Source: Acidimicrobiales bacterium
GTDB lineage: Bacteria; Actinomycetota; Acidimicrobiia; Acidimicrobiales; RAAP-2
Direction: 5' to 3'
Assembly (NCBI GenBank): GCA_035551535.1
Contig: DASZNG010000162.1
Location: forward strand, 3,693-67,692
Length of the DNA stretch: 64,000 bases
The notes beneath the pieces were generated by a model, which did not search any database, had not been told where the DNA came from, and saw only the letters and a program-made list of their open reading frames with translations. Of the stretch, positions 18,417 through 26,407 are shown piece after piece. How positions within the stretch are numbered: position 1 is the first letter of the stretch; the number at the start of each line of letters is the position of its first letter. A program made the position numbers and the translations under genes.

Positions 18417-19406
18417 ATGAGATATGACCTGGCCGCCATCGACGTGGTCGCAATGCTCGGGCTGGAGATCGGACCGCTGGCCAATCCAAGGGTCGGCAAG
18501 GACGATGGCCCGGTTCGCTATCTCGATCACGCCAGTGCGGACGAACTCAAACAGAAATATGCGACGAACGCAGAGATGCAGGATCGGCTCGACCGGATCG
18601 TCGAGGTCGATTACGTCATCGGCGAGGGCAAGAAGATCTCCGAGGCAGTCGCCCAGGATGCGCCCTTCGACTACGTCATCGCCTCCCATCTGATCGAACA
18701 CATTCCCGACCCGGTGGGCTGGATGGCCGACGTGGCGAGCATCCTGAGGCCCGGCGGCATCCTGTCCCTGGTCATCCCGGACAAGCGTTACTGCTTCGAC
18801 ATCAACCGGGCGCCGTCGGACATCAGTGACGTCGTGGACGCCTACCTCCGTCAACTCGTTCGACCGAGTTACAAGCAGGTCTATGACTTCACCTCCCGGG
18901 CGATCAACGGGGCAGTCGATACCCATGCGGTGTGGGCGGAACAGGCCGACTACACCGGGGTGGTCCGCACCGACTGCGACGACCCGGACGTCGCCGCCTT
19001 GGAGGCGTGCCGCCGCCTGGATACCTCTGACGAGTTCGTCGACGTGCACTGCCACGCATTCACCCCTGACTCGTTCCTGGAGCTGTTCGAGAAGCTGGCC
19101 CGGTTGGGACTGGTCGACTTCGAGCTGGCGCGGTTTTTTCCGACCCAATTCGACACGCTTGAATTCCATGCCAGTCTGCGATTGCTCGAACGCCCGGTCG
19201 ACCGTTCCACCCTGCTTCGGCGACAGCTCGCATCGGTCGCCCGGGCCCGCGGTGGCGAGGTAGCCGGTGACCGGGCGAGGGCGGCTCCGGCTCCCCCGGC
19301 CGCGGTCACCATGGATCTGAGCGAACGTGAGCGTCGGTGGCTCCTGCTCAAGCGCCGGGCCATGGAGGGGATCCGAGAGGCGCTGAACCTGCGCCGACGG
19401 GGCTGA
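18417..19406 (+). CDS. Class I SAM-dependent methyltransferase with extra C-terminal domain (paralogue of 4608..5651)
   Basis: Same block structure as the 4.6-kb gene: GLEIGPLANPRVGKD, YLDH, FDYVIASHLIEHIP, GGILSLVIPDKRY, VDVHCHAFTPDSFLELFEKL. Start set at MRYDL (ATG 18417); MLGLE is an alternative. Confidence 0.8.
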   Translation: MRYDLAAIDVVAMLGLEIGPLANPRVGKDDGPVRYLDHASADELKQKYATNAEMQDRLDRIVEVDYVIGEGKKISEAVAQDAPFDYVIASHLIEHIPDPVGWMADVASILRPGGILSLVIPDKRYCFDINRAPSDISDVVDAYLRQLVRPSYKQVYDFTSRAINGAVDTHAVWAEQADYTGVVRTDCDDPDVAALEACRRLDTSDEFVDVHCHAFTPDSFLELFEKLARLGLVDFELARFFPTQFDTLEFHASLRLLERPVDRSTLLRRQLASVARARGGEVAGDRARAAPAPPAAVTMDLSERERRWLLLKRRAMEGIREALNLRRRG

Positions 19407-19552
19407 GGGACGGGGCCAGGTCGCGCCCGCCGCCCCTGGTCAGAGCCGGGAATGGCGTCCGCCCACGCCGGCCGCCGTCATCCGATCGTCAGGTACGGCA
19501 GGTACATTGACCCGATGATCGACGTCGCCAGGAAACCCGGGGGCGGTGGGCC

Positions 19553-20221
19553 ATGAGGGTCCTGGTGGCCGAAGACGACGGTCCGCTCCGCTCGGTGTTG
19601 GAGCGGGGATTGCGGGAACACGGCTATGCCGTCGACTCGGTCGCCGATGGCGAAGGGGCGGTTGCCCATCTCCGAGAGTACGACTACGAGGTCGTCATCC
19701 TCGATTGGCGGATGCCCAAACGTAGTGGCATCGAAGTCGTGCAAGGCATGCGACAACGAGGCGACCGGACCCCCATCTTGATGCTGACCGCCCGAGACGC
19801 GACCGCCGACCGGGTCACCGGATTGAACCTCGGGGCCGACGACTACCTGGTGAAACCCTTCGAGTTCTCCGAGTTGGTGGCCCGGCTCCAGGCGCTGCAA
19901 CGCCGACCCGCCCTTACCCTGGTTCCGGAGATCGTCTGCGGCGATCTCCGATTGGACACCGTCACCCGGGAGGTGACGAAGAACGGTGCGTCGGTCATCC
20001 TCACCCCCACCGAGTTCGGACTCCTCGAGCTGCTCCTCCGACGATCTCCGGCAGTTGTGTCTCGCCGTAACATCGCGGTCCAGATCTGGGACAATGAAGC
20101 GGACGCCGTCGGATCCAACACCATCGACGTACATGTGGCCCGGCTACGAGCCAAGCTCAGCGGTGACGGCGCCCGCATCGAGACAGTCCGAGGCACGGGA
20201 TATCGACTGGTCGAAGCTTGA
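19553..20221 (+). CDS. OmpR/PhoB-family response regulator
   Basis: MRVLVAEDD...VILDWRMP receiver domain, followed by a winged-helix output (TPTEFGLLELLL...VHVARLRAKL...VRGTGYRL). Confidence 0.9.
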   Translation: MRVLVAEDDGPLRSVLERGLREHGYAVDSVADGEGAVAHLREYDYEVVILDWRMPKRSGIEVVQGMRQRGDRTPILMLTARDATADRVTGLNLGADDYLVKPFEFSELVARLQALQRRPALTLVPEIVCGDLRLDTVTREVTKNGASVILTPTEFGLLELLLRRSPAVVSRRNIAVQIWDNEADAVGSNTIDVHVARLRAKLSGDGARIETVRGTGYRLVEA

Positions 20222-21561
20222 GAACCAGGGCCGCGCACCGTCTCCATGCCGCCAAGGTGGCGGCGATCGCGGCCGTCATCGTGCTGGCCTGCTATCTGGT
20301 GGCCGTTGTGGTGCTCAACGTCTTCGTTGTACAACGGCTCACCAGTCAGGCTGACCTCCGGCTCTCGGAACGTCTGGTCGATGCCCAAAAAGAGGTCTTC
20401 AGTCTCCCGAAGACGGGCACGCCGATCGTGCAGAAGGACCGTGACGTCGACGATGCGCCGGCCTTCGTGTGGTTGGTCTCCGCCACGGGAATCGCCACTC
20501 CGTTGACAACCGATGCCCCAACGCTGCCGGCCCGCCAATGGACAGCCGGCACCGCCACGATCGACGCCGGCGGGACGCCCTTCAGGTTCGAAGCCACCCG
20601 GTCGGGCACCGGCTGGTTGGTGGCCGGTGAGAGCATCGGACAAATCCGCCGGGTGCAGAACACCCTTCTCGTCCCGGAGATCCTGGTTGGCGTCGTCGTC
20701 CTCCTCGTCGTCTACGCCGGAGGATTGGCAATCGGGCTCCGGGCATTGGCGCCGCTCGAAGTGGTCCGCAGACGACAGACGGAATTCACTGCGGACGCCT
20801 CACACGAGCTGCGGACGCCCCTGAGCGTCATCGAAGCCGAAGTCGACCTGGCATTGAGCCGGCCCCGGGATGCCGACGCCTATCGGGGGGTGCTCCAACG
20901 GGTGGCGGGCGAGGGTCGACGGCTTCGAAGCATCGTCGATGACCTCTTGTGGTTGGCTCGGGTCGACTCCGAGCGCCCGCCGGTGGTCGAGAGGGACGCG
21001 GTGGATGTGGCCGCGACCGCCGAGTCATGCGTTGATCGGTTTCAGGCGGTGGCGGCGGCGCGGGGGGTCACGCTTGGCTTCCATCGCGGCGGTCGGGAAC
21101 CGGCTCGGTTGGTCACCGATCCGGCATGGATCGACCGCCTGATCGGGGTACTGGTGGACAACGCCTGCCGTTACGCCGACCACGGCGGTGTCGTGACCGT
21201 TGGGGTCCGAACCGCCGGAACCCGCATCGTGCTCGAGGTGGACGACTCCGGACCAGGGATACCACCCGACGAGCGTGACGCCGTCTTCGACCGGTTCCAC
21301 CGGGTGGTGGACGGGCCGGGGGGGACCGGCCTGGGCCTGGCCATTGCCGATTCGGTGGTACGCGCCACCGGGGGCAGTTGGTCGATCGGCACCGCCCCCC
21401 TGGGAGGGGCCCGGATGGAAGTGTCCTGGCACTCGAGTGGCGGGCAACGAGGGAACCGACCGCGCTCGATCTTCCGTCGAATTTCGAGGAAGGCCCAGGT
21501 GAAGGTCCCAACGACGGACCCAACCGGGAAGGCCGCTTCGCCGGAGTCCGCCCGGACCTGA
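20218..21561 (+). CDS. Sensor histidine kinase (two TM segments, periplasmic loop)
   Basis: The start overlaps the RR stop. H-box FTADASHELRTPLSVIEAE. ATPase boxes DNACRYA, VDDSGPGI, GTGLGLAI. Confidence 0.85.
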   Translation: MRTRAAHRLHAAKVAAIAAVIVLACYLVAVVVLNVFVVQRLTSQADLRLSERLVDAQKEVFSLPKTGTPIVQKDRDVDDAPAFVWLVSATGIATPLTTDAPTLPARQWTAGTATIDAGGTPFRFEATRSGTGWLVAGESIGQIRRVQNTLLVPEILVGVVVLLVVYAGGLAIGLRALAPLEVVRRRQTEFTADASHELRTPLSVIEAEVDLALSRPRDADAYRGVLQRVAGEGRRLRSIVDDLLWLARVDSERPPVVERDAVDVAATAESCVDRFQAVAAARGVTLGFHRGGREPARLVTDPAWIDRLIGVLVDNACRYADHGGVVTVGVRTAGTRIVLEVDDSGPGIPPDERDAVFDRFHRVVDGPGGTGLGLAIADSVVRATGGSWSIGTAPLGGARMEVSWHSSGGQRGNRPRSIFRRISRKAQVKVPTTDPTGKAASPESART

Positions 21562-21632
21562 ACCCCGATTTCTTAACTGTTTCTCATCTCGGTGTCATGA
21601 GATCTTCAGGGTGGATCCATACCCTGGATGGC

Positions 21633-21980
21633 ATGGCAGACACCAGGTACGGAAAGGCCGCGGCTCCGAGGCGGGGGGCAGGGGTCCGGCGTGACGAGGC
21701 ATTGCACCGGGTCGGCAAGGTGACAAGGCGGATCGGGGTGGCCACCATCGCCGCGGTCGGCATCTTGGGCCTCTACGTCAGCCGATCGCTCCCCGGCCAT
21801 GCCACCACTCCGGCCGTGCAAACCCCGGCCAGCACCGCTCCGACCACATCAACGCCGGCGACGACACCGTCGTCGGGATCGTCGACGGGACCGTCGACGA
21901 CCCAAACCGCTCCGACCGCACCGGCCAGCCCTCCGGTGACGACCCAACGGCCGACCCACGTAACCAGCGGAGCCAGCTGA
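21633..21980 (+). CDS. Small single-pass membrane protein with long Ser/Thr/Pro-rich tail (paralogue of 35365..35718)
   Basis: Start chosen by alignment with the paralogue (MADTRYGK.. vs MAHPARRN..). Basic N-terminus, TM helix IGVATIAAVGILGLYV, then a low-complexity T/S/P tail ending ..HVTSGAS. It keeps the same position upstream of ApbE in both clusters. ATG 21597 is an alternative start. Confidence 0.55.
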   Translation: MADTRYGKAAAPRRGAGVRRDEALHRVGKVTRRIGVATIAAVGILGLYVSRSLPGHATTPAVQTPASTAPTTSTPATTPSSGSSTGPSTTQTAPTAPASPPVTTQRPTHVTSGAS

Positions 21981-21985
21981 GACCC

Positions 21986-22939
21986 GTGCCCGCGCCAGGT
22001 CACCGGGAGGTCGCCTATCGAATCCCGGCGCTGGGAACCCAGGCCGAGCTGGTGGTGACCGACCCGCCGTCGCTGGTTGCCGCCGGGTCGATCCTCCGGG
22101 CCGAGCTCGACCAACTCGATCGGGTGGCGAGCCGTTTCCGGGCTGACTCCGAGATCAGCCGGCTTCAAGGTGCCCACGGGCAGGAGGTTGTGGTGGGCGC
22201 CGACCTCCTCGAGCTCCTGGTGGTGGCTCTCCGGGCCGCGGAGGTCACCGAGGGTGCGGTGGACCCGACCGTCGGTGGCGCCATCAACCGGCTCGGCTAC
22301 GACCGCGACTTCTCCGAGATCGCGGGCGGCGTGAAGGGCACCATGCCCGCGGAGGCTCCGGTGCCGGGGTGGAAGACCGTCGAGCTCGACATCTCCGAGA
22401 GCGCGGTTCGTGTGCCGGCCGGCATCCAACTCGACCTCGGCGCCACGGCCAAGGCCTGGGCGGCGGATCGCGTCGCACATCGGGTATTCGGCCTCCTGGG
22501 TTGCGGTGTGTTGGTTTCGCTGGGCGGTGACGTCGCCGTCGCCGGAGACCCGCCGCCGGGGGGCTTTCGGATCGGAATGAGTGACGTGTCGGGTGGGCGG
22601 CCGACCGGCGGGTCAGTGGCGATCAGCGCGGGTGGTCTCGCGACCTCGGGAATCGCCGTCCGCCAATGGCGATTGGGTGGCCGGCCGGTGCACCACATCA
22701 TCGACCCGGCCACGAGTTTGCCGGTCAGGCCCCTCTGGCGGACCGTGTCGGTGGCCGCCGCATCCTGCCTCGACGCCAACACCGCGTCCACCGCCGCCAT
22801 GGTGAAGGGGCGGGCGGCCCTGGCTTGGCTCGCGGCCCGGAGCCTCCCCTCCCGGCTGGTGGAATGGGACGGCACGGTGTCGTGCATCGCCGGCTGGCCG
22901 ATCGACGCCCGGGACCTCGTCGGAGACGGGGCCCGATGA
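21986..22939 (+). CDS. apbE: FAD:protein FMN transferase (ApbE family)
   Basis: 317 aa. ApbE-typical blocks: LDRVASRFRADSEISRL, DPTVGGAINRLGYDRDF, LDLGATAKAWAADR, LVSLGGDVAV, ISAGGLATSG, HHIIDPATSLP. No hydrophobic or signal-like N-terminus is visible. Confidence 0.85.
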   Translation: MPAPGHREVAYRIPALGTQAELVVTDPPSLVAAGSILRAELDQLDRVASRFRADSEISRLQGAHGQEVVVGADLLELLVVALRAAEVTEGAVDPTVGGAINRLGYDRDFSEIAGGVKGTMPAEAPVPGWKTVELDISESAVRVPAGIQLDLGATAKAWAADRVAHRVFGLLGCGVLVSLGGDVAVAGDPPPGGFRIGMSDVSGGRPTGGSVAISAGGLATSGIAVRQWRLGGRPVHHIIDPATSLPVRPLWRTVSVAAASCLDANTASTAAMVKGRAALAWLAARSLPSRLVEWDGTVSCIAGWPIDARDLVGDGAR

Positions 22940-24072
22940 TCCTGCCCACGGTGGCCGTGGTCGGACATGGCTCGACCGCGATGTGGTATCTGACCCGGGC
23001 CACTGGACTCGTCGCTCTTGTCCTTCTCTCGGCCACGGTGGTCCTTGGCGTCGTCGCCTCGGTGGGGTGGACCACGGAGCGGTGGCCGAGGTTCCTGTCC
23101 CAGACGGTGCACCGCAACCTCTCGTTGTTCTGCCTGGTGCTCATCGGCCTGCACATCATCACCACGGTGGCCGATGGCTACGTGCCGATCGGCTACCTGG
23201 ACGCAGTGATTCCCTTTCGCACCCCCTACCGGCCGCTCTGGGTCGGATTCGGGGCATTGGCGTTCGACCTCCTCCTGGCCGTGGCCATCACCAGCGGCCT
23301 CCGAAGGCGCATCGGTACCCGGGCATGGCGGAGCGTGCACTGGCTGGCCTATGTGTGCTGGCCGATTGCCCTGTTGCACGGTCTCGGCGCGGGTACCGAC
23401 ACCCGCCTCTCCCTGACGCTGCTGATCAATGTCCTTTGCATTGTCTCGGTGGTCGGCGCGGTCGGATGGCGGCTGGTGACCGGGCGGACCTTCTCTCCCC
23501 GCCGTCGCATCGCCGCGGCGGCCATCGGAGCCACGACGCTCATCGGCATCGGGATCGTCGCGGTTCTCGGCCCCCTCCGCCCCGGGTGGTCACAACGGGC
23601 CGGAACCTCAGCATCAGTGCTTGCCCAGCTGAATGCCAGTTTCCAGCCCGGGAGCGGCTCCTCGACCGGACCGGCGTCTCCCTCCACAGTGCCGTCGTCG
23701 ACCGCCGGGATCCCCTCCCCGCCCTTCAGCCAAGCGATACAGGGCACCTATCAGACCTCGTCGCCCAACCGAGAGGGCCAGGTCTCGGTGGTCCTGACCA
23801 TGGCGGCTTCGGGTTCCACCGGCACCCCGTTGGTGGTCACGCTCAACGGCAGCTCGGTGAATGGCGGCGTGGCCATGTCGTCGAGCCAGGTCACCTGGGG
23901 CCCCGACTCGGGGACCGTCACGGCCCTCCAGGGCTCGACGATTGGAGCCCGGGTCAGCGGTCCGAACGGATCGATAGATCTGACCCTGCAGCTCAACCTT
24001 GACCAAGCGACAGGGAAGGTGACCGGGATCCTATCGGGAACCGAAGGATCGACGAATGGTGGTGGGCAGTGA
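22936..24072 (+). CDS. Ferric-reductase-like (MsrQ/YedZ-type) di-haem transmembrane protein with ~150-aa C-terminal extension
   Basis: ATG 22936 overlaps the ApbE stop (ATGA). Multi-pass protein with four conserved His in TM helices (TVHRNL, LIGLHIIT, SVHWLAY, ALLHGLG). The C-terminal Ser/Thr/Gly-rich non-membrane region is absent from the paralogue. Confidence 0.75.
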   Translation: MILPTVAVVGHGSTAMWYLTRATGLVALVLLSATVVLGVVASVGWTTERWPRFLSQTVHRNLSLFCLVLIGLHIITTVADGYVPIGYLDAVIPFRTPYRPLWVGFGALAFDLLLAVAITSGLRRRIGTRAWRSVHWLAYVCWPIALLHGLGAGTDTRLSLTLLINVLCIVSVVGAVGWRLVTGRTFSPRRRIAAAAIGATTLIGIGIVAVLGPLRPGWSQRAGTSASVLAQLNASFQPGSGSSTGPASPSTVPSSTAGIPSPPFSQAIQGTYQTSSPNREGQVSVVLTMAASGSTGTPLVVTLNGSSVNGGVAMSSSQVTWGPDSGTVTALQGSTIGARVSGPNGSIDLTLQLNLDQATGKVTGILSGTEGSTNGGGQ

Positions 24073-25400
24073 GATCCCCGGTAGCCGCCAATCCGGGGCC
24101 GGCACCGGAGGCAACCGCGCTGCCACGGCTGCTGGGCGGGCTCCCCTCCGATGGTGCGCCTGTCGGCATTCGAGAGCATCTCGCCCGCTGGGGTACCGCC
24201 CCGGTTGGGTCGGCCGCCGCCGACCTGGTTGACCAACTGAGCGCCAGCGGTCTGGCCGGCCATGGCGGCGCGTGGTTCCCGGTGGGGACCAAGTGGCGTT
24301 CCATCCATCACGGCCGGTTCTCCCGACCGGTGGTCGTGGCCAACGGGGCCGAAGGTGAGCCGGCCAGCAGCAAGGACGCCTTCCTGCTGACCCGGCTGCC
24401 CCATCTGGTACTCGACGGGTTGTCGTTGGCCGGAGCCGCCCTCCAGGCGTCCCAGGCGGTGATGTACGTGCCCGAGCGCCGGGTTCGGGGAGTGGAGGCC
24501 GCCATTGACTCCCGGCGCCAGCTCGGACTCGATCCCCTCGAAATCCAGGTGCGAGCCGCCCCGGACAGGTTCATCGCCGGCCAGGAATCATCGGTGGTGA
24601 ACGTGCTCAACGGGCGGCGTGACGCGGTGCCGTCGTTCATCGGCATCGAACCCATCCGCGATCGGGGGGCGAACGGCCGGCCGACGTTGGTGCAGAACGT
24701 CGAGACATTGGCCCACGTCGCCCTCATCGCCCGATTCGGCCCTACCTGGTATCGGGGGTTGGGGACCGAAGCGTCACCCGGCACCATGCTTGCCACCGTC
24801 ACCGGGCGATGGTCGGCCCCGCGGGTGATGGAGGCGACGCTGGGGATGCCGGTCCGAGAGATCCTCGACCTGTCGCCCGGCGAGGCCGGGAACTACCTGG
24901 GGGCGCTCCTCGGTGGCTACGGCGGCGGCTGGATCACCATGTCGGCGTTGATGGACCTTCGCCTCACCGAAGACGCCGCTCGCCGGGCAAACTCGTCGCT
25001 GGGCGCCGGGGTCATCGCCCTCCTCCCCGACACCGTCTGTCCGCTGATGGAGACGGCCCGGGTCGTCAGCTACATGGAGGAGCAGGCGGCGGGGCAGTGT
25101 GGGCCGTGCATCCACGGGTTGGCGGGATTGGCGGAGATGACCCGGGCGTTGGCCCTCCGGCCGGCGGCCTTGGCCGGGGGCACCCAGGCGATTCTGGACG
25201 TGTGCGACCTTGTCGATGGGCGCGGCGCCTGCCGCCATCCGGACGGGGTCACCCGGTTCGTGCGCAGCGCCCTGGTGGTCTTCAGCGGCGATGTGGCCAA
25301 CCATCTCCGGGGTCAACCGTGCCCGCGAACGGGTGCTCCCGGGGTGTTGCCGTGCCCGCGGCCGGTAGCCCGGAACGTCGTGGAGGCCGGTCGATGGTGA
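24069..25400 (+). CDS. NuoF-like protein (Complex I 51-kDa FMN/NADH-binding fold + SLBB + 4Fe-4S region)
   Basis: GTG overlaps the upstream stop. GHGGAWFPVGTKW (compare NuoF GxGGAGFPTG.KW), VVANGAEGEPASSKD, LVQNVETLAHVA, and the Fe-S region AAGQCGPCIHG...GRGACRHPDG. Confidence 0.8.
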   Translation: MRSPVAANPGPAPEATALPRLLGGLPSDGAPVGIREHLARWGTAPVGSAAADLVDQLSASGLAGHGGAWFPVGTKWRSIHHGRFSRPVVVANGAEGEPASSKDAFLLTRLPHLVLDGLSLAGAALQASQAVMYVPERRVRGVEAAIDSRRQLGLDPLEIQVRAAPDRFIAGQESSVVNVLNGRRDAVPSFIGIEPIRDRGANGRPTLVQNVETLAHVALIARFGPTWYRGLGTEASPGTMLATVTGRWSAPRVMEATLGMPVREILDLSPGEAGNYLGALLGGYGGGWITMSALMDLRLTEDAARRANSSLGAGVIALLPDTVCPLMETARVVSYMEEQAAGQCGPCIHGLAGLAEMTRALALRPAALAGGTQAILDVCDLVDGRGACRHPDGVTRFVRSALVVFSGDVANHLRGQPCPRTGAPGVLPCPRPVARNVVEAGRW

Positions 25401-25651
25401 AACGACAGCTGACCATGGTGGTGGATCCCATCATGTGTGATGGCCATGGGGTCTGCGCCGAACTCTTCCCCGAACGGGTGCGCATGGACCCGTGGGGCTA
25501 CCCGATGGTCGACAGCAGGGACATCCCCGTGCAGCTGCGGGAGCACGCCGAACGGGCCGTCGGTTCGTGCCCTCGGCTGGCGCTCCATCTGATAGAACGC
25601 CGTCAGTCATCCGGTCGGGTCGACCGAAAGAAGAAGGACCTTCCATCATGA
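25394..25651 (+). CDS. Small ferredoxin ([3Fe-4S]/[4Fe-4S] single-cluster type)
   Basis: 85 aa. CDGHGVC (CxxHxxC) ... SCP motif. The start overlaps the NuoF-like stop by 7 nt, and the stop overlaps the next start. Confidence 0.75.
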   Translation: MVKRQLTMVVDPIMCDGHGVCAELFPERVRMDPWGYPMVDSRDIPVQLREHAERAVGSCPRLALHLIERRQSSGRVDRKKKDLPS

Positions 25652-26295
25652 CCGATCTGGCTCCATCCGACACCCAGCCGCCGGGGCACCGGCAACGTCG
25701 CCGGCGAGACGGCGTGGAGGAAAACGCCCGGCTCACCGCATCGGTGGCCGTCGTCCTCTTCGTGGTGCTCGCCGCCGAAGGAGTCACGATCCTGCGGATC
25801 CGGCCGCTCCTCACGCCCCACGTCTTCATCGGCATGCTCCTGGTACCACCGGTATTGCTCAAGATCGGCAGCACCACCTGGCGGTTCGCCCGCTACTACC
25901 TCGGTTCTCCCGAGTACCGGCGCAAGGGACCGCCGCCCATCGTGCTCCGCCTGCTCGGCCCGGTGCTGGTGACCTTGACCCTGATCGTCTTCGCCTCGGG
26001 GATCGCCCTGCTGCTCACGCCCACCGCCTGGCACGCCCGGATGCTGCTACTCCACAAGGTCAGTTTCATCCTCTGGATCGCCGCCATGGTCATCCATGTC
26101 CTCGGACATCTCCTCGACACGGCCCGGTTGGCGCCCCGTGACTACCTGCGCCGCACGCGCCGGGAGGTCGGCGGTGCCGGGGTGCGCCAGTGGTCGATCG
26201 CCGCCAGTTTGGTGGTGGGTCTCCTGCTGGCCTTCATCACCGTTCCCGAGGTGGGTCGCTGGCTCACGACCGGTGGTTTCCACCCCGGAGGTTGA
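25648..26295 (+). CDS. Integral membrane protein, ~4-5 TM, His-containing helices (function unknown)
   Basis: ATG 25648 overlaps the ferredoxin stop (ATGA). Hydrophobic helices include HVFIGMLLVPPVLL and LLLHKVSFILWIAAMVIHVLGHLL. There is no counterpart in the paralogous cluster. Confidence 0.6.
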   Translation: MTDLAPSDTQPPGHRQRRRRDGVEENARLTASVAVVLFVVLAAEGVTILRIRPLLTPHVFIGMLLVPPVLLKIGSTTWRFARYYLGSPEYRRKGPPPIVLRLLGPVLVTLTLIVFASGIALLLTPTAWHARMLLLHKVSFILWIAAMVIHVLGHLLDTARLAPRDYLRRTRREVGGAGVRQWSIAASLVVGLLLAFITVPEVGRWLTTGGFHPGG

Positions 26296-26407
26296 TCTGA
26301 CTCCTCGGCCTCGTACCGCCGCGTCCGGCGAGGCGACAAAGATGAGGGTTGTGTTAGGGATCGGCGGATTGGAGCCCCACCGAGCCGGGAAGTGTCAGGC
26401 TGGGCCG

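Noticed and set aside
21969-21980. C-terminal TSGAS of the cluster A anchor protein as an ApbE flavinylation site
   Set aside because: The motif is not kept at the equivalent position of the cluster B paralogue (which ends VSRQS), and there is no surrounding FMN_bind-like fold. It is kept only as a low-probability option inside the ApbE finding.
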